Shown here in pieces: positions 18,301 through 24,957 of a stretch of 25,705 nucleotides of DNA (its first letter is position 1; the number at the start of each line of letters is the position of its first letter). Position numbers and translations under genes: made by a program. The notes beneath the pieces are model-generated. The model was not told the origin of the DNA. It did not search any database and saw only the letters and a program-made list of their open reading frames with translations. Origin of the DNA: Planctomycetota bacterium (GTDB lineage: Bacteria > Planctomycetota > UBA1135 > GCA-002686595); NCBI GenBank assembly GCA_044355055.1, contig JBIKYW010000001.1, positions 1 through 25,705 of the forward strand. Reading direction: 5' to 3'.

Positions 18301-18771
18301 ATGCGAGAGGCGGCCGCCCGCGCGCGCCTCGCGCTCGAAGCGCTCCAGCGAGCGCGCGTCCACGCGGTCCGGACGCACGAACTTGAGCGCGACCGGTCGG
18401 CGCAGCTTCTCGTCGTACGCCTCCCACACCTGCCCCATGCCGCCCTCGGCGAGGAAGCGGCGCAGCACGAAGTGCGCCACGCGCTGGCCCTCGCTGAACT
18501 TGCCGCTGGAGCCGCTCGGATCCGCACGGCGATCGCGGTCCGTGCTGCGGCCGAAGAAGCCCTTGCCTTGGAGCGCGCGCTTCGAGCGCAGCCAGCCTTC
18601 GAGCAGCGCACGCACGTGTGCTCGCAGCGTTGCATCGGCGAGCTCGCCCTGCGTCGGAGCCCAAGCATCGAACGACTCGAGCGCTCCGTCCGGCTGCTCT
18701 TCCAAGAAGCGCGCCAGCCAGCTCTGCGTCCGATCGTGCGAGTCTTGCGGATCTTGCGGGCTCTTGGCCAT
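15373..18771 (-). CDS. Hanks-type Ser/Thr protein kinase - coiled-coil/TPR-like - FGE-sulfatase (SUMF1, C-type lectin fold) multidomain protein, 1132 aa
   Basis: Kinase: LAEGGMGQVW, VALK, HRDIKPQNIL, DFGLAR, GTYAYMSPEQ, DIFSLGVVLYE. One TM helix (AVGTIALAVISGLLV). TPR-like: ALNSLAW...DTLAWALFRVGRFDAAL. FGE domain: IPGGKFWMG, SKYEMTQGQW, HPVEQVSW, LPSEAQWE, NGFGLHEVAGNVWEWC, RVSRG..F...RSAYR. Confidence 0.93.
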   Translation of the reverse strand: MAKSPQDPQDSHDRTQSWLARFLEEQPDGALESFDAWAPTQGELADATLRAHVRALLEGWLRSKRALQGKGFFGRSTDRDRRADPSGSSGKFSEGQRVAHFVLRRFLAEGGMGQVWEAYDEKLRRPVALKFVRPDRVDARSLERFEREARAGGRLSHPCIVRTLAFNGSGDPAWIAQELVEGSWTLKDFLDELRAEDRTPEGYYRRAAELVAALAEGLEAAHQAGVIHRDIKPQNILIARDDTPKLTDFGLARVSDDSFLSVTGEFAGTYAYMSPEQVTAKRIGLDHRTDIFSLGVVLYELLSLRRPFEGDTTHQISQKILFFEPPEPSKVRSQCPRELSIICGKALEKDPDRRYPTMAEFAADLRRHLADEPIHARPPSTLVRVVKWARRNPGPSSAAAVGTIALAVISGLLVQQVRTANELEKSNVDLAAQTQRAEAGEIAAKDNLVLANKNAEEAQRNAEEAQRNATAAQLARDEATQKANDVLSLSAQKDHDDLVAEAAKLWPAHPEIIPAYEDWLRRANELIDGRAAHEAKGLKKRPSLAEHKAKLAELRQQAKPLSEAEIQAERESHPKYAELQTKEAELLWRSRMLGDEPWPSEASVEAELAQESLPTDADALNSLAWPLVDPAKPVYGEEVRALLLARRAVDAASEEERSGIRDTLAWALFRVGRFDAALSEVRTALSEPGGDALKESAADLEKAVAAWRGDEASKRREERDKLAEEVAALTTQVDERRTYEFDYPEQEWWNRSLSKLVGDLEKLGDPKTGLMNDVLAEPFGWGVAKRYEFAQTIGERSVDGPEAKRLWDEAIAAIKASPKYGGLEILPQLGLLPIGMDPVSQLWEFAHVQTGEPAVRGADGKLVLTEETGLVFVLIPGGKFWMGAQNKPGAQNHDPAASNDEGPVHEVELSPYFLSKYEMTQGQWQRIAATNPSYYKPPGGLAPSLQHPVEQVSWPMCFELLASLGLSLPSEAQWECGARGGTSTPWWTGPERESLRGKVNLADQTAKKAGATWPDIADWPDLEDGSVVHCVVGNPSYPGNGFGLHEVAGNVWEWCLDGYDSGFYGKRVGKDPLSPWSGSSFRVSRGVSFLNAASLARSAYRDNSTPEFRDSYLGLRPSRALRLSASPLHPPK
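17366..17412. repeat. Exact 21-bp tandem repeat (2.2 copies) within the kinase gene, encoding NAEEAQR-NAEEAQR-NA
   Basis: GCGTTGCGTTGCGCTTCCTCG at 17366-17386 and 17387-17407, plus GCGTT at 17408-17412. Confidence 0.9.
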
Positions 18772-18888
18772 GGGGAGAATCGCGCGGGTCAGGTGGGGGA
18801 AGCCCCGACTCTCCGCGCGACGGAAGTCTCACCACCATCCCCCGAGCGCGTCAACGCCCACCCCATCCTTGTGCTCTTGCGGCCGGAT

Positions 18889-18949
18889 CCCCGCGCCCCG
18901 CCGCGCTCACGCGTCGACGGCGGGCACGTAGTCCTTGGCGCCGGGGTCG
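18889..18949. repeat. 61-bp direct repeat, copy 1 (displaced 3' end of the radical SAM gene; att-like)
   Basis: CCCCGCGCCCCGCCGCGCTCACGCGTCGACGGCGGGCACGTAGTCCTTGGCGCCGGGGTCG, identical to 19682-19742. The flanking bases differ on both sides. Confidence 0.95.
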
Positions 18950-18992
18950 CCGCAGCGATCTTGAGTTTCAGTCTCGCAGTCCAGCGCTCGGG

Positions 18993-18998
18993 TACCAT
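18993..18998 (+). promoter_or_regulatory. Possible -10 element (TACCAT) for a leaderless or near-leaderless TA transcript
   Basis: TAnnnT hexamer ends 9 nt before the DUF433 ATG (19008). No Shine-Dalgarno sequence is visible and no convincing -35. Confidence 0.25.
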
Positions 18999-19007
18999 GA
19001 CTCCATT

Positions 19008-19247
19008 ATGGTCGCGACCGAGCTCCTGCGGCGTATCACGCACGACCCCAACGTCATGGGAGGTCGGCCCTGCCTTCGCGGCATGCGCGTCGCGGTGGGG
19101 ACGGTGGTCGGTCTACTTGGTGCGGGCCGCACCATGGAAGAAGTTCTCGCCGCGTATCCGTACCTCGAGCGTGAGGACATCTTTGCAGCGTTGACGTTCG
19201 CCGCTTGGCGTTCGCAGGAACTCGAAGTGCCTCTCCAGGCTTCGTGA
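19008..19247 (+). CDS. DUF433-family antitoxin, 79 aa
   Basis: C-terminal part of track ORF 18618..19247, start reassigned to ATG 19008. Sequence RITHDPNVMGGRPCLRGMRVAVGTVVGLLGAGRTMEEVLAAYPYLEREDIFAALTFA is a typical DUF433 pattern. Confidence 0.93.
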   Translation: MVATELLRRITHDPNVMGGRPCLRGMRVAVGTVVGLLGAGRTMEEVLAAYPYLEREDIFAALTFAAWRSQELEVPLQAS

Positions 19248-19618
19248 AGGTCCTGATCGACATGAATCTGACCCCAGAGTGGGTCGGGTTTCTTGCGAGT
19301 CACTCCATAGAGGCCGTTCACTGGTCCAAGATCGGGGCGGCCACGGCGGCCGACGCGGTGCTGCTGGCGTAGGCTCGTGAGCACGGTCACGTGATCCTGA
19401 CCCATGACCTCGACTTTGGAGTAGTGCTCGCGCTCGCAGGAATGTCCGGTCCGAGCGTCCTGCAGATTCGGACTGACGACGTCATGCCCGCTGCGATTGG
19501 CGAGCGCGTCGTCGCCGTCCTGCGTGAGTTTGCGGTCGAGTTCGAACTAGGCTCCTTGGCGACGCTCGACTGTGCGAGCCATCGACTTCGATGGCTCCCG
19601 ATTCGAACCCGCTCTTGA
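19244..19618 (+). pseudogene. DUF5615/PIN-like (VapC45-type) toxin interrupted by an in-frame TAG at codon 43
   Basis: GTG start overlaps the antitoxin stop (GTGA). Translation MKVLIDMNLTPEWVGFLASHSIEAVHWSKIGAATAADAVLLA*AREHGHVILTHDLDFGVVLALAGMSGPSVLQIRTDD...LRWLPIRTRS. TAG at 19370-19372. Confidence 0.88.
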
Positions 19619-19681
19619 GCGCCTCGGACCCGACTCGCCCGGACACGCACGCCGCACTCGTGTGGTTTCGCTACATGGCTA

Positions 19682-19742
19682 CCCCGCGCCCCGCCGCGCT
19701 CACGCGTCGACGGCGGGCACGTAGTCCTTGGCGCCGGGGTCG
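19682..19742. repeat. 61-bp direct repeat, copy 2 (functional 3' end of the radical SAM gene plus 18 nt downstream)
   Basis: Covers the codons for DPGAKDYVPAVDA, the stop (19700-19702) and 18 nt beyond it. Identical to 18889-18949. Confidence 0.95.
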
Positions 19743-21268
19743 AGCTGGCCGGTGGCGCGGACGTAGAGGTCGAAGAGCTTTTGTTCGAGCGGGAAGCCGT
19801 AGCGGTGCTTCCTGAGGCGCCAGCCGGCGATCTGCGCGAGCGTCTCGCGCATCCATGCGGGGCCTTCGTGGATCTTGCGGTCGTAGATGGCGCTCGTGTT
19901 GTTGTAGAGGCGCCACGTCTCGCGCACGTCGTCGGGGAGCGGCGTGTTGTGCGCGTTGTACTTGTACTCGAAGCACTTGCCCCACTCGTGGAAGTCCTTC
20001 GGCGGGACGTAGCCGTCCTTCACGGCGGTGGCGAAGTCTTCGGTGCCGGGGATCGGGCGGAAGGGATAGACCTCGGAGCCCGCGGTGGGGAAGAGGTACT
20101 TCACTCCGGCGGCGACGCGCAGGGTCTCGCGCATCGATTCCGGCGTCTCGCCGGGATACCCGATGATCCAGAACGTGCCGGGCGTGATGCCGCGGCGGTA
20201 GAGCTCGCCGATCGCGTAGGGGATGTTGGAGAGCTTGATTTCCTTCTTGATGCGCTCCTGCATCGCGGCGGTGCCCGTCTCGGCGCCGAGCCACAAGAGG
20301 TGGCAGCGCGAGTCGCGCAGGAGGTCGAGCGTCTCTTGCTTGTAGCGCGCGATGGTCTCGATCTCGATCGTGCCGTTCCAATGGATCGGCACCTTCAAGT
20401 CGATCAGCTTCTCGCAGAAGGCCTTGGTGCGCTTCTCCGCGACGCCCCAGTTGGCGTCTTGGAAGCGCAGCACGTCGAACTTGAAGCGCTGCTGCAGCTC
20501 CGCGATTTCCTCGGCGAGCGCCTCGCCGGGGATCGCCTTGTAGCGCTTGCCGGTGACGAGCGGCGAGCAGCAGAACGTGCACGGCTCGGGGCAGCCGAAG
20601 CTGGAGAAGTGGCTGAAGGCGCGCGGCGGCCGCTCCGGCGTCCACTTGCCCGGCAGCGGGAAGCGGTGGCGCACCTTCATGCGCGTGGGCTTGGTCTGGA
20701 GCTCGGCGTAGCGCTCGTATTCGAGCAGGTGCCACGGCACCTTCCCGAACTTGTCGAAGCCGACGACCTCGCGGTGGTCGGTGTACACGACGCGCCCGTC
20801 GCGCCACAGCGCGAGACCCGGCACGCTGTCGAGCGGCTCGCCCGCGTCGAGCGCGCGCACGACCTCGTCGAAGGTGAGCTCGCCCTGACCGATGCCGACG
20901 GCGTCCGCGATCCCGTGCTCGAAGTACATCTCGGGGATGACGCTCGGGAACCAGCCGCCCCAGATGATCGGGAGCTTGGGGAAGCGCTCGCGCACGGCCT
21001 TGGCGACGACGTAGCCGTCGTAGACCTGATAGCCGAGGATGCACGAGCTCGCGAAGCACAGCGCGCCGTCGCACGCTTCGAGCACCTTGTCGAGGTACTT
21101 GGGCTCGATCATCGCGTCGATCAGCACCACCTCGAAGCCGTTGGCCACGGGGCCGATCGCGATCTGCAAGAGCTCGAGCGGCAAGAGGTCGGCGCTGAAG
21201 ACCTCCCCACGGGTCGGGTCGGCCCGGTGGGGGAGGAACAGGACGACCTTGCGGCGGCGCTGGATCAT
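19700..21268 (-). CDS. Cobalamin (B12)-binding radical SAM protein (class B methyltransferase-like), 522 aa
   Basis: N-terminal B12 domain (LPLELLQIA...GFEVVLID, IIWGGWFPS, GQGELTF), CxxxCxxC motif GCPEPCTFC, FQDANW, LGAETG, IIGYPGETPE, PIPGTE. Confidence 0.92.
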   Translation of the reverse strand: MIQRRRKVVLFLPHRADPTRGEVFSADLLPLELLQIAIGPVANGFEVVLIDAMIEPKYLDKVLEACDGALCFASSCILGYQVYDGYVVAKAVRERFPKLPIIWGGWFPSVIPEMYFEHGIADAVGIGQGELTFDEVVRALDAGEPLDSVPGLALWRDGRVVYTDHREVVGFDKFGKVPWHLLEYERYAELQTKPTRMKVRHRFPLPGKWTPERPPRAFSHFSSFGCPEPCTFCCSPLVTGKRYKAIPGEALAEEIAELQQRFKFDVLRFQDANWGVAEKRTKAFCEKLIDLKVPIHWNGTIEIETIARYKQETLDLLRDSRCHLLWLGAETGTAAMQERIKKEIKLSNIPYAIGELYRRGITPGTFWIIGYPGETPESMRETLRVAAGVKYLFPTAGSEVYPFRPIPGTEDFATAVKDGYVPPKDFHEWGKCFEYKYNAHNTPLPDDVRETWRLYNNTSAIYDRKIHEGPAWMRETLAQIAGWRLRKHRYGFPLEQKLFDLYVRATGQLDPGAKDYVPAVDA

Positions 21269-21421
21269 GGCTCGGGGGCCCGAACTCTCACGGGCACGTA
21301 ACAGTATGCCCGACGGCGGTTCGGTGCGGGGGTATCGGACGAAGACTGCCCCCGGGCACAGGGCATTCCTTTCCGGGCCGCAGGGCTTCCCGACCCTGCC
21401 CGCTGGGCCCGTGGCGGCGCC

Positions 21422-22639
21422 CTACTGGGCCCCGTAGGTCGCGAGCACCCACTCCGACCACGACTTGTCGAACTCGGAGTAGCTCATCCCGAGGTGCTCC
21501 TTGAAGTACTCACGGTGCGCCTCGGGCAGGTTCGAGCCGTCGGGGATGCGCTGGGCATTCAGTCGCCCCTTGAGCGCGCCGCAGAACTTCTGGAACTCCG
21601 CGGGCTTCGCTTTCACGAGGTACTGGACCATCGACCACGTCGCGTAGTGGCGGTCGAGCGTCAGGTCCGAGTACTCCTTCATGCTCATCAGCTCCGCCAT
21701 GCGCGGCGCTTTCTCGCCCGCGACGAGCTTGCGCACTTCGGGCTCCCACTTCTCCTTGCGCGTGGTCTGCGCGATGCCGCCCTCGGCCGAGTCGAAGGAA
21801 TTGAAGCGCGGTCCGATCTCGCGCTCGACCATGTGCGCGAGTCCTTCGCGCAGCCAGATCGGCGTGTCGTAGCTGTAGTGCTTGTAGCCGTCGAACAGGT
21901 TGATCGCGAGGTTGAAGCCGAGGTGTCCGTGCAAGCCCTCGTCTTCGCGCAGTCCCTCCTCGGCGCAGTGAATGGTCACCGAGAGCGTGTCGAGCGCCGT
22001 CATGTTCCAGCGCTGCGTCTTCTTCGTGAGCAGTCCGAACTGGTTCTGGAGGTAGCCCGTGAGGTTCGCCTCTGCGGGCACGATCAGCACCTCGTACTTG
22101 CCGCTCTGACCGAGATACGGCCCTGTGCCGAGGTAGGGCCCCGTGCCGTCGTAGAGCGTGCCCTTCGGCGGGAACTTCGTGTCCTTCACGCCGAGGATCT
22201 CCTGCATCCGCGCGTAGATGTCCTCGCAGCGCTGCGCGTACAGGTGGGAGCGCAGCCACGGGTCGAGGATCTTCGACTTCGGGTCGACGTCGGGGAGCAC
22301 CGCCTGCAAGCGCGTGAGCTCGCCGCGAATCTTCTCCTTCTCCTCCTGCTTCACCTTGTGAGGCGCGAGCGCGATCCCGATCTCGAAGTGCTCGGTCTCG
22401 ATCCACCTGATCTCGCAGGTCGGGAGCACGCCGTCGACCTTGCGCGTCGACTCTTCCTTGCCGAAGGCGAAGTCGCCGTGGCTCACGACGCCGGCCTTCT
22501 CCATCAGGGCCTTGTCGCCCTTGCACCACGGGCACAGGCTCGGGTCGTTCTTGCGCAGGTCCTTCGACTGCGCCGAGGCGGGCAGGAGTGCTGCGCCGAA
22601 GAGCGCGAGCACGAGAGCGAGGGGGCGCAGGATCTGCAT
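21422..22639 (-). CDS. Exported hypothetical protein with a peptidase MA/gluzincin-like C-terminal half, 405 aa
   Basis: Signal peptide MQILRPLALVLALFGAALLPASAQ. P.WLREGLA motif and a later Y..SWSMVQYL segment are typical of peptidase-MA-like proteins, but no HExxH is seen. Confidence 0.7.
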   Translation of the reverse strand: MQILRPLALVLALFGAALLPASAQSKDLRKNDPSLCPWCKGDKALMEKAGVVSHGDFAFGKEESTRKVDGVLPTCEIRWIETEHFEIGIALAPHKVKQEEKEKIRGELTRLQAVLPDVDPKSKILDPWLRSHLYAQRCEDIYARMQEILGVKDTKFPPKGTLYDGTGPYLGTGPYLGQSGKYEVLIVPAEANLTGYLQNQFGLLTKKTQRWNMTALDTLSVTIHCAEEGLREDEGLHGHLGFNLAINLFDGYKHYSYDTPIWLREGLAHMVEREIGPRFNSFDSAEGGIAQTTRKEKWEPEVRKLVAGEKAPRMAELMSMKEYSDLTLDRHYATWSMVQYLVKAKPAEFQKFCGALKGRLNAQRIPDGSNLPEAHREYFKEHLGMSYSEFDKSWSEWVLATYGAQ

Positions 22640-22655
22640 GGCGTCGTGCCGCGGC

Positions 22656-23570
22656 CTAGCCGCCCTCCTTCCACTTCTTCGCGAGCTCGATGGCCTCGAA
22701 CACGGGCAGGTTCGCGATCGGAAGGTCGCCGTCGACGATGCCGCGCATGGCGTTGATCGCCGCGATGCGGATCGAGTTGTCGGTGTTGTCGAGGTAGGGC
22801 TTCACCTGCGCGAGCGCATCCTTCGTGCCGCAGCCCGCCAGGAGGTTGAGCGCCGCGACCTTCTGCTTGCGGTCCTCCTTCGCGAGCAGCTCGACTGCGA
22901 ACTTCGTCGACTCGCCGTCGCGCACGCCGTCGAGCGCTGCGCGGATCTCGGCGCCTTTCTTGCCCCAGTCCGCGACCGCCGTGCGCGCGATCACGTCGAG
23001 GCCCGCGTGCGAACCCGCCGACGTCGCGCACAGCGCCGCTGCGTAGACCTCGCCCTGCGCGCCGTCGTCCTTCGTCTCCTTTTCCGCGGCGATCTTGGCT
23101 TTCGCGAGTGCGTCCTCGGCGCTCTTTTGCAACGCGTTGTCGGGGAACGCTGCGCAGCGCGACAGCGCCCACGTGCGCACCTCGCGCGACTTGTCCGCAA
23201 AGAACGGCGCGAGCAGCCGCGTGTGCTCCGCGCCGGTGACGTGGTCGAGCACGGCCTCGATGCGCAGACGTGCCTCGACGTTGCGCTCCTTGCCCATCGC
23301 CGCGAGCAGCGAGGGCGCCACCATCGGCCCCGCGGCGGTGAGCGCGGCGTCCGCTTGCTCTGCCATCTCCGGTGTGCCCGCCTTGCGCAGCCGCTCCACG
23401 TCGGTCTTCACCGTAGCTGCCTTGTCGCCCGGGATCGCGGGCCACTCGGTCGCGTGAGTGACTTCGACCTTGGCGTTCGGCTTCGCCGCATCGCCCTTCT
23501 GCTTGAACAGTGGATCCTGCGCGGAGGCGCAGGGCAGCGTGAGGAGAGCGGCGACGAGGAGGTGCTTCAA
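22656..23570 (-). CDS. Exported HEAT-repeat protein, 304 aa
   Basis: Probable TTG start at 23570 overlapping the upstream stop (TTGA), giving signal peptide MKHLLVAALLTLPCASAQ. HEAT-like units: FFADKSREVRTWAL, LAKEDRKQKVAALNLLAG, YLDNTDNSIRIAAINAMRGI. Confidence 0.75.
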   Translation of the reverse strand: MKHLLVAALLTLPCASAQDPLFKQKGDAAKPNAKVEVTHATEWPAIPGDKAATVKTDVERLRKAGTPEMAEQADAALTAAGPMVAPSLLAAMGKERNVEARLRIEAVLDHVTGAEHTRLLAPFFADKSREVRTWALSRCAAFPDNALQKSAEDALAKAKIAAEKETKDDGAQGEVYAAALCATSAGSHAGLDVIARTAVADWGKKGAEIRAALDGVRDGESTKFAVELLAKEDRKQKVAALNLLAGCGTKDALAQVKPYLDNTDNSIRIAAINAMRGIVDGDLPIANLPVFEAIELAKKWKEGG

Positions 23571-24250
23571 CGCTTGCGGCCTTGCATGCGGTGGAGGAGC
23601 GCTGCTGGCGCGATGTCGGCCCACGCAGGGTCGACGACCGTCAGCTGGTGCTCATCGTACGCACTGTCCACGCGTTGCTTGACCGTCTCGGGCGGAAGCC
23701 AGTGAAAGAGGAAGGCTTCGAGCTTGACGGTGGTCGCCATCGGCACGGGCGCTTCGGTGCGGCCGAGGCGGCGCAGCACGATGAAGGCGCCGACCTCTTC
23801 GATCGGCTCGCTCCATTCGTTGTCGGGCAGGTCGAGGGCCACGCCCCAAGGCAGGATGCCGAGCTCGCCGAAGCCGCCTTCGAGCACCTCGCCGATCGTT
23901 CCGTCGGGTCGCACGGGGCCCGTGAAGGTGCCCGCCGCGAGGGAGTCGCGCAGCGTCCGAGCTTCGGACTTGGCCTTGGCGTGGGCCTCGGGGTCGAGCA
24001 GGCGCGCGACATGCCGCGGTAGGACGATATTGGTCAGCGCGAGGCGGCGCAGGTGGTTGGGGCTCGCCGCGGGTTCGAGGCGCTCGACGTAGACGCTGGC
24101 TTCGTCGACTTCGTGGGCCTCGATTGCGTGCTCACCGTCGAGCGCGAAGGCTACGCAGGAAGCGAACTGGGGCGCGGGCGGCGCCGTGGGTGCGTCGGAG
24201 CAGGCGACGGCGAGGAGCGCCGCCGCCGCGAGCGCGAGGGGGGAGCGCAC
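23567..24250 (-). CDS. Putative lipoprotein with a degenerate parvulin/PpiC-like C-terminal segment, 227 aa
   Basis: Lipobox in MRSPLALAAAALLAVA-C. Segment ELGILPWGVALDLPDNEWSEPIEEVGAFIVLRRL resembles the parvulin 'L..GE.S.P+....G+H++' pattern. Confidence 0.65.
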   Translation of the reverse strand: MRSPLALAAAALLAVACSDAPTAPPAPQFASCVAFALDGEHAIEAHEVDEASVYVERLEPAASPNHLRRLALTNIVLPRHVARLLDPEAHAKAKSEARTLRDSLAAGTFTGPVRPDGTIGEVLEGGFGELGILPWGVALDLPDNEWSEPIEEVGAFIVLRRLGRTEAPVPMATTVKLEAFLFHWLPPETVKQRVDSAYDEHQLTVVDPAWADIAPAALLHRMQGRKR

Positions 24251-24261
24251 GGAGTCTCTTC

Positions 24262-24957
24262 CTAGGCTTCGAGGCGGACGTCGAAGCGGCTGACGAACTG
24301 CAGCGAGCGCGAGGTGAGGAACTCGTAGGTCTCGAGCACGTGCTGCTCGAGCGGCTCGAGCCCGCGCGCGACGAGCACGGGCGGGAAGGAGGCCTGATTC
24401 TCGAGGAACAGGGAGCGCGGGTCGCCGTGGAAGGACTCGATTCGCAGCGCGTGGGCGTTGGGCTGGGTCTCGTTGGGCGGGAAGACAAGGCGCAGGCCGT
24501 AGAGCTGCGGCGCGCGCCCGAAGTCCTCGACCTCGTCGGAGAAGCTGAACATGCCCTCTTTCATGTACTCGCGCGAGTCGCGGAAGCAGCGCGGGTTGGC
24601 GAGCATGCGCAGCGTCACCTGATGCGCGGTCAGGACTTGGATGCCGAGCAGCTCGCAGGCGGTCTGCGAGATGCGGCGCACGCGCTGGGCGAACTCCTCG
24701 ACGGTCATCGCCGAGAGTTCCTCGCGGAACACCATGCGGTCGCTGGCGAAGCTGACCGACGAGATCGCGCCCGGTCGGGCGGCGGGGTTGGAGAGCGCGG
24801 CGCCGTCTTGCAGGACCGCGAAGTCGGTGTAGGCGGGGTGGCCCTGCTCGAAGAGCTGGTTGTGCAGGCGCTGGAGCCGATTGGGGTCGGGCTCGATGAG
24901 CGGGTGGAGGAGCTCACTCTGCAGGGCGATCGTGCGGGGTGCGTAGTGGAGGTCCAT
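24262..24957 (-). CDS. Hypothetical cytoplasmic protein, 231 aa
   Basis: Protein-like composition with strong GC3 codon bias. First gene of a co-oriented four-gene run. No family motif recognised. Confidence 0.7.
   Translation of the reverse strand: MDLHYAPRTIALQSELLHPLIEPDPNRLQRLHNQLFEQGHPAYTDFAVLQDGAALSNPAARPGAISSVSFASDRMVFREELSAMTVEEFAQRVRRISQTACELLGIQVLTAHQVTLRMLANPRCFRDSREYMKEGMFSFSDEVEDFGRAPQLYGLRLVFPPNETQPNAHALRIESFHGDPRSLFLENQASFPPVLVARGLEPLEQHVLETYEFLTSRSLQFVSRFDVRLEA

Larger units (their letters stand above)
18889..19742. mobile_element. Putative minimal integrated element or relic island: toxin-antitoxin cassette between 61-bp direct repeats at the 3' end of the radical SAM gene
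   Basis: Direct repeats 793 bp apart enclose only a TA pair that is more AT-rich at third codon positions than its neighbours. The layout matches integration into a gene 3' end. No recombinase in the window. Confidence 0.65.

Noticed and set aside
11447-19372. Amber (TAG) recoding as the explanation for the two in-frame TAGs
   Set aside because: TAG is the normal stop of several intact genes here (e.g. 8922-8924, 8921-8923, 12749-12751, 21422-21424). No pyl machinery or suppressor tRNA is seen.
19600-19609. GATTCGAACC, the reverse complement of a tRNA T-loop motif, inside the TA cassette
   Set aside because: The flanking bases do not form a T-stem, no cloverleaf can be built, and the motif lies in the toxin coding frame.
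18889-19742. Integron gene cassette (attC) or CRISPR interpretation of the direct repeats
   Set aside because: No RYYYAAC/GTTRRRY boxes, only two copies, a 732-bp interval, and the repeat is coding sequence of the adjacent gene. No intI or cas genes.
21380-21399. GCAGGG/CCCTGC hairpin downstream of the envelope operon as an intrinsic terminator
   Set aside because: Short stem with no U-tract on the coding strand, so it cannot be called a terminator.
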